From assembly GCA_017428325.1 (NCBI GenBank), contig JAFRRA010000005.1:126007-190006 (forward strand): DNA of 64,000 bases. The letters are read 5' to 3'. The stretch comes from Bacteroidales bacterium (GTDB taxonomy: Bacteria; Bacteroidota; Bacteroidia; Bacteroidales; UBA932). The notes below the pieces were generated by a model. The model was given only the letters and a program-made list of their open reading frames with translations, ran no database searches and was not told the DNA's origin. The position numbers and the translations under genes were made by a program. This document shows, piece by piece, positions 9,947 to 17,632 of the stretch (position 1 is the stretch's first letter; each line of letters starts with the position of its first letter).

Positions 9947-10423
9947 TTATTCAAACAGCGGGCAGACTGTTGCCCTGGTAACCTTGATAAGATCTGAAGG
10001 TGAGATTTTGAACTGAAGCCCGCGCATTCCTGCGCTCACATATATGGCCTCGAATTCCATACAAGTTGAATGTATATATGTAGGAAATGACTTTTTCATT
10101 CCGACAGGAGAGCATCCGCCTCTGATATAGCCGGTTGTTGGCAGAAGTTCTTTCATCGGAATCAGGCTGCAGCTTTTGTTCCCCGATGCCTTTGCAGCCA
10201 TCTTGAGATCCACCTCCCTGTCTCCCGGAATCATGCACACAAAGTGGCCGGTACGGTCTCCTTTCAGAACCAGGGTCTTGAATACGCAACTTATGTCCTG
10301 TCCCAATTCCGCAGCCACGTGCACGGCATCCAGATGCTCTTCATCCACTTTATATGGTATCAGGGAATAAGCCACCTTCTCCCTGTCCAGTATCCTTGCG
10401 GCGTTTGTCTTCTGTACTTTCAT
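9947..10423 (-). CDS. ybaK: Cys-tRNA(Pro)/Cys-tRNA(Cys) deacylase, YbaK/EbsC family
   Basis: MKVQKTNAARILDREKVAY...KTLVLKGDRTG...GYIRGGCSPVGMKK shows YbaK-family hallmarks. I chose the start at 10421-10423. The longer ORF-track N-terminus looks non-coding. Confidence 0.8.
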   Translation of the reverse strand: MKVQKTNAARILDREKVAYSLIPYKVDEEHLDAVHVAAELGQDISCVFKTLVLKGDRTGHFVCMIPGDREVDLKMAAKASGNKSCSLIPMKELLPTTGYIRGGCSPVGMKKSFPTYIHSTCMEFEAIYVSAGMRGLQFKISPSDLIKVTRATVCPLFE

Positions 10424-10535
10424 CAGACCAAAGGTAAGCAACTCGGTGCTATTTAACAACAAGATACGAGTTTGCATACTTTTTGTTATCTTTAAGGTTG
10501 GAATGAAACGATGATAATTAAAAAAACATATTTCT

Positions 10536-11633
10536 ATGAAAAGATTTCTTATGAGCATCCTTCTTTCATTGGCTTTCATCGGTATGATGAATGCCCAGGA
10601 CGAGCCGCGCCAGTGGCTGAAAAGGTACAATATAGATCCAATGAACTCCAATCCTGTGTTTACACGTCCTACGCACGAGCGTGACGAGGCCAGGGTTCAG
10701 GGAGCCGGTATCTGCATGAATGACGGACTGGCTTACAACCGCACTTTCTACAATTTTGGAAGCGACTGGCACTATGAGCCAAAACTGAATCTCTGCCAGG
10801 AGGAGGAGGCTGTTCTGCAGAAGATCTTCGGCAAGTTTATTCCGGAAGGCAACAGATTCTACTATCAGCTTCTGAAGTATGGAGTAATCCCTACGGAATA
10901 TGGAGCCATAGTGGCATACAGGCTCTGGGATGATGAATATCCGGCAGACAGGGAGAGTGTAAGGCACTTTTACGCCACATTTGACCAGAAGGGTAACCTG
11001 CTGGATGCCATATATATAGGCCATTACGACTGGCTGAACGAGATACTTAAGGCCGAACCTCACGGGAACTACACTCCTAGAGAGAATTATGGAGGTGGAT
11101 CAATGGAATTCTCCGACGATGGCAAGACTCTCACAAAGCAGGATTATTACTACTTCAAGACCTCTGACGACAAGAGCGACAAGTGGGAAGACACAACAGT
11201 ATTCAATATCTCAGACAAGGGTATTTTCTCTCTTGTTTCACACAAGGAAAAAGGCAAGCCTCAGGTAAATCCGGTGGCAGAAGAGCTTCATGACCTGGAA
11301 CTTCTTCCTCTCAGCGACAAGGATGCAATCCGCAAGTGGAATGCTTTCCTGAAGAAGAACGCCAAGAACGAGCAGTTAAAGGATAGAATCAATTATGATG
11401 TCCTTTATCTTTTCATAACCCGCCAGAAAGAATATATGGAATGGGCATACAAGAACCAGAAGGAGAGTGTCTTGGTTTCTTCTCTCGCTTCTGCTGTAGA
11501 TATTCTTTCCAAAAAGTTTGGCGATGGGGCTACCCAGAGGCTTATGGCAAATTCTCTGGATCTTTTTGAAGACAACAAGCCTGTCCAGAACTACTGGAGA
11601 AACCGCAAGTTTGTCAAGTCGCTGTTTGAATGA
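10536..11633 (+). CDS. Secreted hypothetical protein
   Basis: The 365-aa ORF has a signal peptide (MKRFLMSILLSLAFIGMMNAQ). I recognise no family motif. Confidence 0.6.
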   Translation: MKRFLMSILLSLAFIGMMNAQDEPRQWLKRYNIDPMNSNPVFTRPTHERDEARVQGAGICMNDGLAYNRTFYNFGSDWHYEPKLNLCQEEEAVLQKIFGKFIPEGNRFYYQLLKYGVIPTEYGAIVAYRLWDDEYPADRESVRHFYATFDQKGNLLDAIYIGHYDWLNEILKAEPHGNYTPRENYGGGSMEFSDDGKTLTKQDYYYFKTSDDKSDKWEDTTVFNISDKGIFSLVSHKEKGKPQVNPVAEELHDLELLPLSDKDAIRKWNAFLKKNAKNEQLKDRINYDVLYLFITRQKEYMEWAYKNQKESVLVSSLASAVDILSKKFGDGATQRLMANSLDLFEDNKPVQNYWRNRKFVKSLFE

Positions 11634-11634
11634 T

Positions 11635-12180
11635 TTATCTGACGATTCTGTAATAGTTTTCCTTGCGTGGCTTTGCAGGCCTTGGTTCTCCTTCCGGATA
11701 GCCTAGGGCCAGGGCGCCAATACCTGTGAGCCCTGCCTGGATGAGTTCTTCCGGAATGCCCATCTTGCGCATCAGGGCCTTGCCTTCTTCCGTGGAGAAC
11801 ATCTCCATCTCGCGGTTGATCCAGCAGCTTCCGAGTCCGATGGCGTATGCGGCGTTCATCATATTGCCCAGCACCAGTGATCCGTCCTGGACAGAATTGC
11901 GCCATTTCTCAGGATCTGAACCAAACACCAGGACAATGGTAGGGGCTCCGTAGTAAGGGTCTGATGTAGAACCAAGTATCTCGGCATTCATTCTTCTCAG
12001 CTGGTCCAGAATCTCAGGATTCTGTACTGCAACAATCCATGAGTCCTGCCGTCCCATACCGTTAGGGGCAAAGGTTCCTGCTTCCATCACTGCTTTAAGT
12101 TCAGCGTCTGTAATCTGCTGTGGCTTGTAGCTGCGGACGCTTCTTCTTTCCTTGAGCGCTTTCAATACTTCATTATTCAT
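11635..12180 (-). CDS. Nitroreductase family protein
   Basis: The 181-aa ORF begins LKERRSVRSYKPQQI, the typical nitroreductase FMN-binding start. Length and overall pattern also fit. Confidence 0.85.
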   Translation of the reverse strand: MNNEVLKALKERRSVRSYKPQQITDAELKAVMEAGTFAPNGMGRQDSWIVAVQNPEILDQLRRMNAEILGSTSDPYYGAPTIVLVFGSDPEKWRNSVQDGSLVLGNMMNAAYAIGLGSCWINREMEMFSTEEGKALMRKMGIPEELIQAGLTGIGALALGYPEGEPRPAKPRKENYYRIVR

Positions 12181-13090
12181 AATTTAGGAAATCTTCAAGG
12201 TCTTTTGGCTCAAATCCTGCAGTAATTGCTTTGATTGTGCCGTCTGCATTCACGTACACGCACATTGGAGTAGCTGTAACATTATAGATTATATCAACCT
12301 TGGATAGCTGGCCTTCCATATCGGAAACCGGATTGTATTCAGTCATCCCGTAGTAATCAGCGTCCTTCTTGAACTTCTCATAGTTGTCTTCGGAGAAATA
12401 TGGAATGAAAACAAAATCGCTGAGCCCTTTGACTTTCTTTTCGATTTCGTTTTTGTAATAGTTCTTGAAAGCAAGCGGATTCATGTGGCTGCCCATACAG
12501 TCGTAGCCGTCAAGAATTATGAAGATCCTCTTGCCACGGGCGCTTTTCCAGTTGAACTTCTTGCCGTCCAGGGTGTAGCAGGTGAATTCCCATAGATTGT
12601 CTCCGGCCTTCAGTGGCTCCGAAGTCAGATATTCTTTCAGCCTTTGGGCAGCTTTGCTTTTTCTGACCTTAGGGCTGAGGTTTGCCAGAATCTTTTCCAG
12701 GGAATCTCTGGTATGGCCTTTTTTTATTCTATAGACATCTGACAGGGCACTTTCTGAAACAGCGTAATAGTCTTTTCTCAGCGAATTGATGTCATCGTTT
12801 ATTCTTTTCCGGTTGTTGTCAGAGATAACTATCAGAGAATCGGTATAATGCATCAATGAATCCCTGACCTTAGTGAGCGAATCAATCTGTTTCTTGATTC
12901 TCATCGCCTTTCTCCTGTCGGGAGGAATGTTGGCGTTATGCCATTTCATATTCTCGGAAAACTCCTGATAAAGGCCTTCCTTCTTCTGTTCGTATTCTTT
13001 GTCTGTCTTGCTCTGGTTCTTTTTGTTGTTCTGGGCTTGAAGGCTGGTGCAGACCAGAACAGCGGCTAAAATGATGAGGAGCTTTTTCAT
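12173..13090 (-). CDS. Exported coiled-coil + thioredoxin-fold protein with CxxS motif
   Basis: The protein has a signal peptide (MKKLLIILAAVLVCTSLQAQ) and a charged helical N-terminal half. The C-terminal TlpA-like region (FTCYTLDGKKFNWKSARGKRIFIILDGYDCMGSH) has CMGS where CxxC would be expected. Confidence 0.55.
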   Translation of the reverse strand: MKKLLIILAAVLVCTSLQAQNNKKNQSKTDKEYEQKKEGLYQEFSENMKWHNANIPPDRRKAMRIKKQIDSLTKVRDSLMHYTDSLIVISDNNRKRINDDINSLRKDYYAVSESALSDVYRIKKGHTRDSLEKILANLSPKVRKSKAAQRLKEYLTSEPLKAGDNLWEFTCYTLDGKKFNWKSARGKRIFIILDGYDCMGSHMNPLAFKNYYKNEIEKKVKGLSDFVFIPYFSEDNYEKFKKDADYYGMTEYNPVSDMEGQLSKVDIIYNVTATPMCVYVNADGTIKAITAGFEPKDLEDFLNYE

Positions 13091-13110
13091 CGGAGACGGT
13101 GTTTGGCAGG

Positions 13111-13779
13111 TTATTGCTTTTTTGCAGTTTGTTTCTTGGCAGGGGTTTTCTTCACCGTTTTCTTTGCAGTTTTCCTGGCAGACTTTTTCGCGGCAGGTTT
13201 CTTGGTGACGGTCTTGAAAGGCAGACGTTGCTGGGGACTTTCAAGGTCAAGCAGATAGCGTTTTGCTCCAAGGCCACCGCCGTAGCCGGTAAGGCCGTCA
13301 TCGCTGCCTATAACTCTGTGGCAAGGTATTATGACAGAGAGGGCATTGTCTCCGCATGCATTGGCAGCTGCTCTGACTGCTTTAGGATAGCCTGCCATTG
13401 AAGCTATCTCCGCATACGAAACGCTCTTTCCGTAAGGAATATCCAGCAGGCTCTTCCACACGGCATTCTGGAAAGGGGTGCCTGCCATTTGATAAGGAAT
13501 GTTAAAAGTCTTTCGTCTTCCGTTGAAGAACTGGCCGAGCTGTTTAATAGCCGAGGCTATTACCTTGGAAGGCTTCTCCTGGCGAGGCTTTGCTGTTTCA
13601 GTTTCAGGCAGTATGAACTCAATGTCAAGTGCTTTGGAAAGCCTTGAGAGAGTGTCAGTAAGATTCTTGCTGCCTGCCCAGCTGCAAAGGCAGAGGCTCC
13701 CTTTTCTAGCGGCCAGATATAGCTTTCCGCAAGGGGAATCGTATTCGTAGATTTTAACTTTAAGCATAGCTTCAGGCAT
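13111..13779 (-). CDS. ogt: Methylated-DNA--protein-cysteine methyltransferase with Lys-rich C-terminal tail
   Basis: The active site IIPCHRVIG and the segment GYGGGLGAKRYLLDLE are present. The tail reads KKPAAKKSARKTAKKTVKKTPAKKQTAKKQ. Confidence 0.85.
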   Translation of the reverse strand: MPEAMLKVKIYEYDSPCGKLYLAARKGSLCLCSWAGSKNLTDTLSRLSKALDIEFILPETETAKPRQEKPSKVIASAIKQLGQFFNGRRKTFNIPYQMAGTPFQNAVWKSLLDIPYGKSVSYAEIASMAGYPKAVRAAANACGDNALSVIIPCHRVIGSDDGLTGYGGGLGAKRYLLDLESPQQRLPFKTVTKKPAAKKSARKTAKKTVKKTPAKKQTAKKQ

Positions 13780-13844
13780 GGCCTTTATGCCATTTTCCCA
13801 AAGTTACGAAAAGTTGCGGAAAAACCTACATTCAGATGTCAGAA

Positions 13845-14372
13845 TTATAGGATTTTGAGGGCTATGCGGGCGCAGGCTTCCGCGTCTGCAAGGGCGTGGT
13901 GATGATGCTCCAGATTGTATCCGCAGAGTCTGGCGATTGTGTGGAGCTGATGATTCTCAGCATAGGGGAAAGCTTTTCTGGAAGCTATGAGAGTGCAGTA
14001 GAACGGATAGTCCGGATAGTCCATCTGATAGCAGCGGAAGACGGCTTTCAGACAGGTTTCGTCAAATGCTTTGTTGTGGGCTACTAACGGCAAATATGGA
14101 GAACCCAGTTTTCGGGCATCTTCATCGCTGAGCCTTAAGAGTTTTTCTATTTCACGCCATACAGTCGGAAAAACGGGAGCACAGTCCGTATCCTCGCTGC
14201 AGAGTCCGTGAACCCTGGTACAGAACCAGTTGTAATAATTGGGCTCAGGCTGGATAAGCGAATAAAACGTGTCCTGAATCTCTCCGTTTCTGACAATTAC
14301 AAGCCCTACACTACAGACGCTTGTCCTCTCGCAGTTTGCCGTTTCAAAGTCTATCGCCGCAAAGTCTTTCAT
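13845..14372 (-). CDS. DEDDh 3'-5' exonuclease (DnaQ/epsilon-like)
   Basis: The motifs are Exo I (AAIDFETAN), Exo II (VAHNKAFDETCL) and Exo III (HHHALADAEACA). Confidence 0.8.
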   Translation of the reverse strand: MKDFAAIDFETANCERTSVCSVGLVIVRNGEIQDTFYSLIQPEPNYYNWFCTRVHGLCSEDTDCAPVFPTVWREIEKLLRLSDEDARKLGSPYLPLVAHNKAFDETCLKAVFRCYQMDYPDYPFYCTLIASRKAFPYAENHQLHTIARLCGYNLEHHHHALADAEACARIALKIL

Positions 14373-14375
14373 GCG

Positions 14376-14816
14376 TTATTGAAGAATGGAATCCAGGATA
14401 GGGTAGATTTCCTCTTCGGAGGAATAGGGGTGGATGTGGAAATATGTGTTGCCGGTCAGCATTGCGGAGAGGCGGGTTCGCTCCCTGTTGTAGAAGATGT
14501 GGACGGGTTTGTTAAGATTTTCCGCAAAGGCCAGTTCGTATCCCACTCCAAGGGATGGGGTGGTGCATTCCGCAATCACAAGGTCTGATTCCTTTAGCCA
14601 GCCGGTATCCTGAAGATAGATGGCCTGGTCAATGTTTTCTCCGGCTTTTATGTCCTTGGGTGTGGAACCTTCCTTCTGGCTCAGCGACAAGTCTCCCACG
14701 TGTTCTGTAAGCACCTTGCAGCCAAGTTCTTGCTGAATGTAGCGGATGATATTATGATATAGTGCAGCATCAGATCTTCCGCCCCTTATGGAGCCGGCAA
14801 AGTAAACTTTTTTCAT
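14376..14816 (-). CDS. DNPH1-like 2'-deoxynucleoside 5'-phosphate N-hydrolase / nucleoside 2-deoxyribosyltransferase family
   Basis: VYFAGSIRGGRSD...VLTEHV...SLGVGYELAF...LSAML is collinear with my recollection of DNPH1 (Rcl) proteins. Confidence 0.7.
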   Translation of the reverse strand: MKKVYFAGSIRGGRSDAALYHNIIRYIQQELGCKVLTEHVGDLSLSQKEGSTPKDIKAGENIDQAIYLQDTGWLKESDLVIAECTTPSLGVGYELAFAENLNKPVHIFYNRERTRLSAMLTGNTYFHIHPYSSEEEIYPILDSILQ

Positions 14817-14828
14817 TGGCTGTTTCTT

Positions 14829-15476
14829 TTAGTCTTTGGGAATGGTGATTTCAATAGGATCGCCGAGGAAATGAGGCTTTTTGCCAAATGTGAGGTCAAG
14901 GACGGCCTTGCATCGGGCGAGGTTTTCTCTTAGGAACATAAACACTTTCCACTTTCTGGAGCCAACATTTTTGGCGTTATAGGCAACTGCATCAAGGCCA
15001 ATGCCCTGGCAGATATAAACAGCTCTTTGGTTGTGGAATTCCTGTGATATTATGGTAATGGAATTCTGGCCGAAGACCTTTTGGGCCCTCACCATGGAGT
15101 CGTATGTGCGGAAGCCGGCATAGTCCAGGACGATGCAATTATCCGGAATTCCCTTGGCAACAAGATCATTCTTCATCCGTTCAGGCTCGTTGTAAGAGCG
15201 GTGGTGATTGTCTCCGCTGATGAGCACGACCTTGATCTTGCCTGCCTTGTAGAGGTCTGCCGTAGCCTGGATGCGGTTTAGGTAGTAAACATTTGGCCGG
15301 CCGGTGCGTCCGATAGGGTTGGTGCCAAGAAGCAGACCCACGTCGTTATAGGGAATCTCCTTTACATCGTTGAATATCTTTCCCCTGGAACTTTTTTCAA
15401 CGATGTGGCTGCACCAGGCAACAACCGCGATGCCGATAATGCACAGAAGAAGGATTATCCTTATGATCTTTTTCAT
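14829..15476 (-). CDS. SanA/YdcF (DUF218) family protein
   Basis: An N-terminal TM helix is followed by the pattern LLLGTNP...VYYLNRIQATADLYKAGKIKVVLISGDN. I set the start at the ATG at 15474-15476 because the ORF-track start is a TTG. Confidence 0.75.
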   Translation of the reverse strand: MKKIIRIILLLCIIGIAVVAWCSHIVEKSSRGKIFNDVKEIPYNDVGLLLGTNPIGRTGRPNVYYLNRIQATADLYKAGKIKVVLISGDNHHRSYNEPERMKNDLVAKGIPDNCIVLDYAGFRTYDSMVRAQKVFGQNSITIISQEFHNQRAVYICQGIGLDAVAYNAKNVGSRKWKVFMFLRENLARCKAVLDLTFGKKPHFLGDPIEITIPKD

Positions 15477-15493
15477 ACAGTCAGCCAATGGTT

Positions 15494-15949
15494 TTACGGG
15501 TTGAGGATCTGGCCGGCGGCATTTTTGGTATCTACCTTCTCTATGACACGTTCAAGAATTCCCTTATCGCTGAATATGAAGGTCCTTCTTAGGGTTCCCA
15601 TTGTGGTTTTGCCGTACATCTTCTTTTCTCCCCAGGCTCCGAAATCCTGTAGCATCTTTGTGGTGGTGTCTGCCAGGAGGGTGAAAGGAAGGTCATATTT
15701 GGACTTGAAACCAGTATGGGATTTCGGGCTGTCCTTGCTGACGCCTATAACGTTGTATCCGGCCTTGGTAAGGGCATCGTAGTTATCTCTGAAACTGCAG
15801 GCCTCTGCAGTGCAGCCGGAAGTGTTGTCCTTTGGATAGAAATAGATTATGGTCTTTTTGCCGTTGCCTATAAAATTTTGGCTTTTAACGGTGTTGCCGT
15901 CCTGGTCCAGGACCTCGAATGCCGGCATCTTGTCTCCGATTTTAAGCAT
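15494..15949 (-). CDS. bcp: Thioredoxin-dependent peroxiredoxin Bcp
   Basis: The sequence FYPKDNTSGCTAEAC contains the peroxidatic Cys motif of 1-Cys/atypical 2-Cys Prx (PxxxTxxC). Confidence 0.9.
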   Translation of the reverse strand: MLKIGDKMPAFEVLDQDGNTVKSQNFIGNGKKTIIYFYPKDNTSGCTAEACSFRDNYDALTKAGYNVIGVSKDSPKSHTGFKSKYDLPFTLLADTTTKMLQDFGAWGEKKMYGKTTMGTLRRTFIFSDKGILERVIEKVDTKNAAGQILNP

Positions 15950-16025
15950 ATGGTGTCTGGTCTATTGTTTTTTCAAAGATAAAGAATTTTGCCTACATTG
16001 CATTTGGATAGTTTTATAGAATGAT

Positions 16026-17072
16026 ATGAAAACGATTTTGAGTTTTTCCATTATCCCTATGCTGATGGGCCTGTTTGCCTGCAGCGGGAACAAATACATC
16101 GATATGGACGTTGTGGAGTTCGGTCTTCTGCTTAAGGAGAACGAGGCTGCGCTGATAGATGTGCGTACCCCTGACGAATATGCGGAAGGGCATATTGCAA
16201 GCGCCGTAAATATTGATGTATATTCAGAGACATTCCTTGATGATGTTAAGGCTGCGTACCCTGCAGACAAGCCTTTGGCTGTTTATTGCCGTAGTGGAAA
16301 GCGCAGTGCAAGCGCTGCAAAGAAACTCGCTGATGCAGGTTACACGGTTTATAACCTTAAGGGAGGCTATCTGGCTTGGACAGAGGCAGGACGCAGGGTT
16401 ACTAAATATGAGGTGGAGCTGTTCCAGACAGACAACGGGTCTCTTGTGGCAATTTGCCTTATAAAGCACGGAAGCCTGGAGATTGAGTATGACGGGCTAT
16501 CCATCCAGGTGGATCCAGTGGGAGATTACGGCAAGAAGACAGACTATGCTTCAGAGTTTCCTAAAGCGGACGTGATCCTTGTGACACACGAGCATCCGGA
16601 CCATCTGGAAGACTCAACCATAAAGGTTCTTGAAGGAGACAATACCTTGCTGATTCTCAACAAGACCAGTGCAGACAGGATCGGTCGCGGAGAGGTCATC
16701 TCAAACGGCCAGAGCAGGGAGCTTCCAAAGGGCATTATGCTGGAGGCAGTTCCTGCTTATAATACAACTCCTGGAAGGGAGATGTTCCACCCGAAGGGCA
16801 ACGGAAACGGATATGTCCTGACCATTGACGGCCTTAGGATTTACATTGCGGGAGATACTGAAGATGTGCCGGAAATGGCAGATCTCAAAGATATTGATGT
16901 TGCATTCCTGCCTGTCAACCAGCCATATACAATGACACCTGAACAGTGTGCCAATGCAGCCAAGATGTTTGCTCCAACGGTCCTGATTCCTTATCACTTC
17001 AACAAGACAGACCTTTCCGGCCTGCAGGATATGATTCCTGGCCAGAAGATTCTTTTCCGCCAGATGCAGTAA
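16026..17072 (+). CDS. Lipoprotein fusion of rhodanese domain and MBL-fold metallo-hydrolase
   Basis: The lipobox is MGLFACSG. The rhodanese active-site loop is YCRSGKRS. The C-terminal MBL motif is VTHEHPDH (HxHxDH). Confidence 0.8.
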   Translation: MKTILSFSIIPMLMGLFACSGNKYIDMDVVEFGLLLKENEAALIDVRTPDEYAEGHIASAVNIDVYSETFLDDVKAAYPADKPLAVYCRSGKRSASAAKKLADAGYTVYNLKGGYLAWTEAGRRVTKYEVELFQTDNGSLVAICLIKHGSLEIEYDGLSIQVDPVGDYGKKTDYASEFPKADVILVTHEHPDHLEDSTIKVLEGDNTLLILNKTSADRIGRGEVISNGQSRELPKGIMLEAVPAYNTTPGREMFHPKGNGNGYVLTIDGLRIYIAGDTEDVPEMADLKDIDVAFLPVNQPYTMTPEQCANAAKMFAPTVLIPYHFNKTDLSGLQDMIPGQKILFRQMQ

Positions 17073-17078
17073 GGCAGA

Positions 17079-17621
17079 TTATTGTTTCTGCTGAGGATTT
17101 TGCGGTTTCCTGAAGTACACCCAGATAGCCCATCCGGCAAGGATAATCATAAGCACCACTGCGCCAACAGCGTAGAACTTGGTGCCGTGTGTCAGGCTCA
17201 TCCAAATCATAAAGTAGTTGAAGGCAAACAGGACGGCGCCTCCAAGCAGCAGAATCAGAACTGCCGGCAGAATGCCTTTTTTATCCACCTCCAGCCTCTT
17301 CTTTCTCACCAGACGGAAGACAGAAATCGCAGGGAAGAAAGCGATCAGAAGCGAAAAGAACAGGGCAATCTCCCTTTTCAGTTTCCTGCTAGCCTCTGCC
17401 TCTTCTTCCTGCTGTTCAATCTTGTCCATCTCTGCCTGCATCTTCTGGTACAGCTGGTTGGTATCAGCTCCATACATATTCAGAAGATTCTCCTCTGTCA
17501 TGGTTTTATCCTCAGCGATGGCTTCCTTTACAGCCTCCTGAAGGGTGCTGGAAGAGGTATCGCTCTGGGAATAAGAAGAGGTGAATATAAAGAGTGCAAT
17601 AATGGTTAGAAACTGTTTCAT
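17079..17621 (-). CDS. Membrane protein, hypothetical
   Basis: The protein has a signal peptide, an acidic coiled-coil segment and three TM helices. The mirror ORF on the plus strand looks non-protein-like. Confidence 0.6.
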   Translation of the reverse strand: MKQFLTIIALFIFTSSYSQSDTSSSTLQEAVKEAIAEDKTMTEENLLNMYGADTNQLYQKMQAEMDKIEQQEEEAEASRKLKREIALFFSLLIAFFPAISVFRLVRKKRLEVDKKGILPAVLILLLGGAVLFAFNYFMIWMSLTHGTKFYAVGAVVLMIILAGWAIWVYFRKPQNPQQKQ

Positions 17622-17632
17622 TTTGGATGCTT

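Noticed and set aside
9947-10651. Long N-terminal extensions in the ORF track for several genes: ybaK 9947-10651, trpS 6917-8179, tpiA 42330-43274, tig 44255-45739, C69 34266-36008, M28 35975-37594, xpt 37557-38186 and the sigma factor 33355-33933.
   Set aside because: The extensions have non-protein-like composition. Several start at TTG or GTG, they overlap neighbouring genes or promoter boxes, and the family-typical N-termini begin at internal ATGs. I used the shorter starts.
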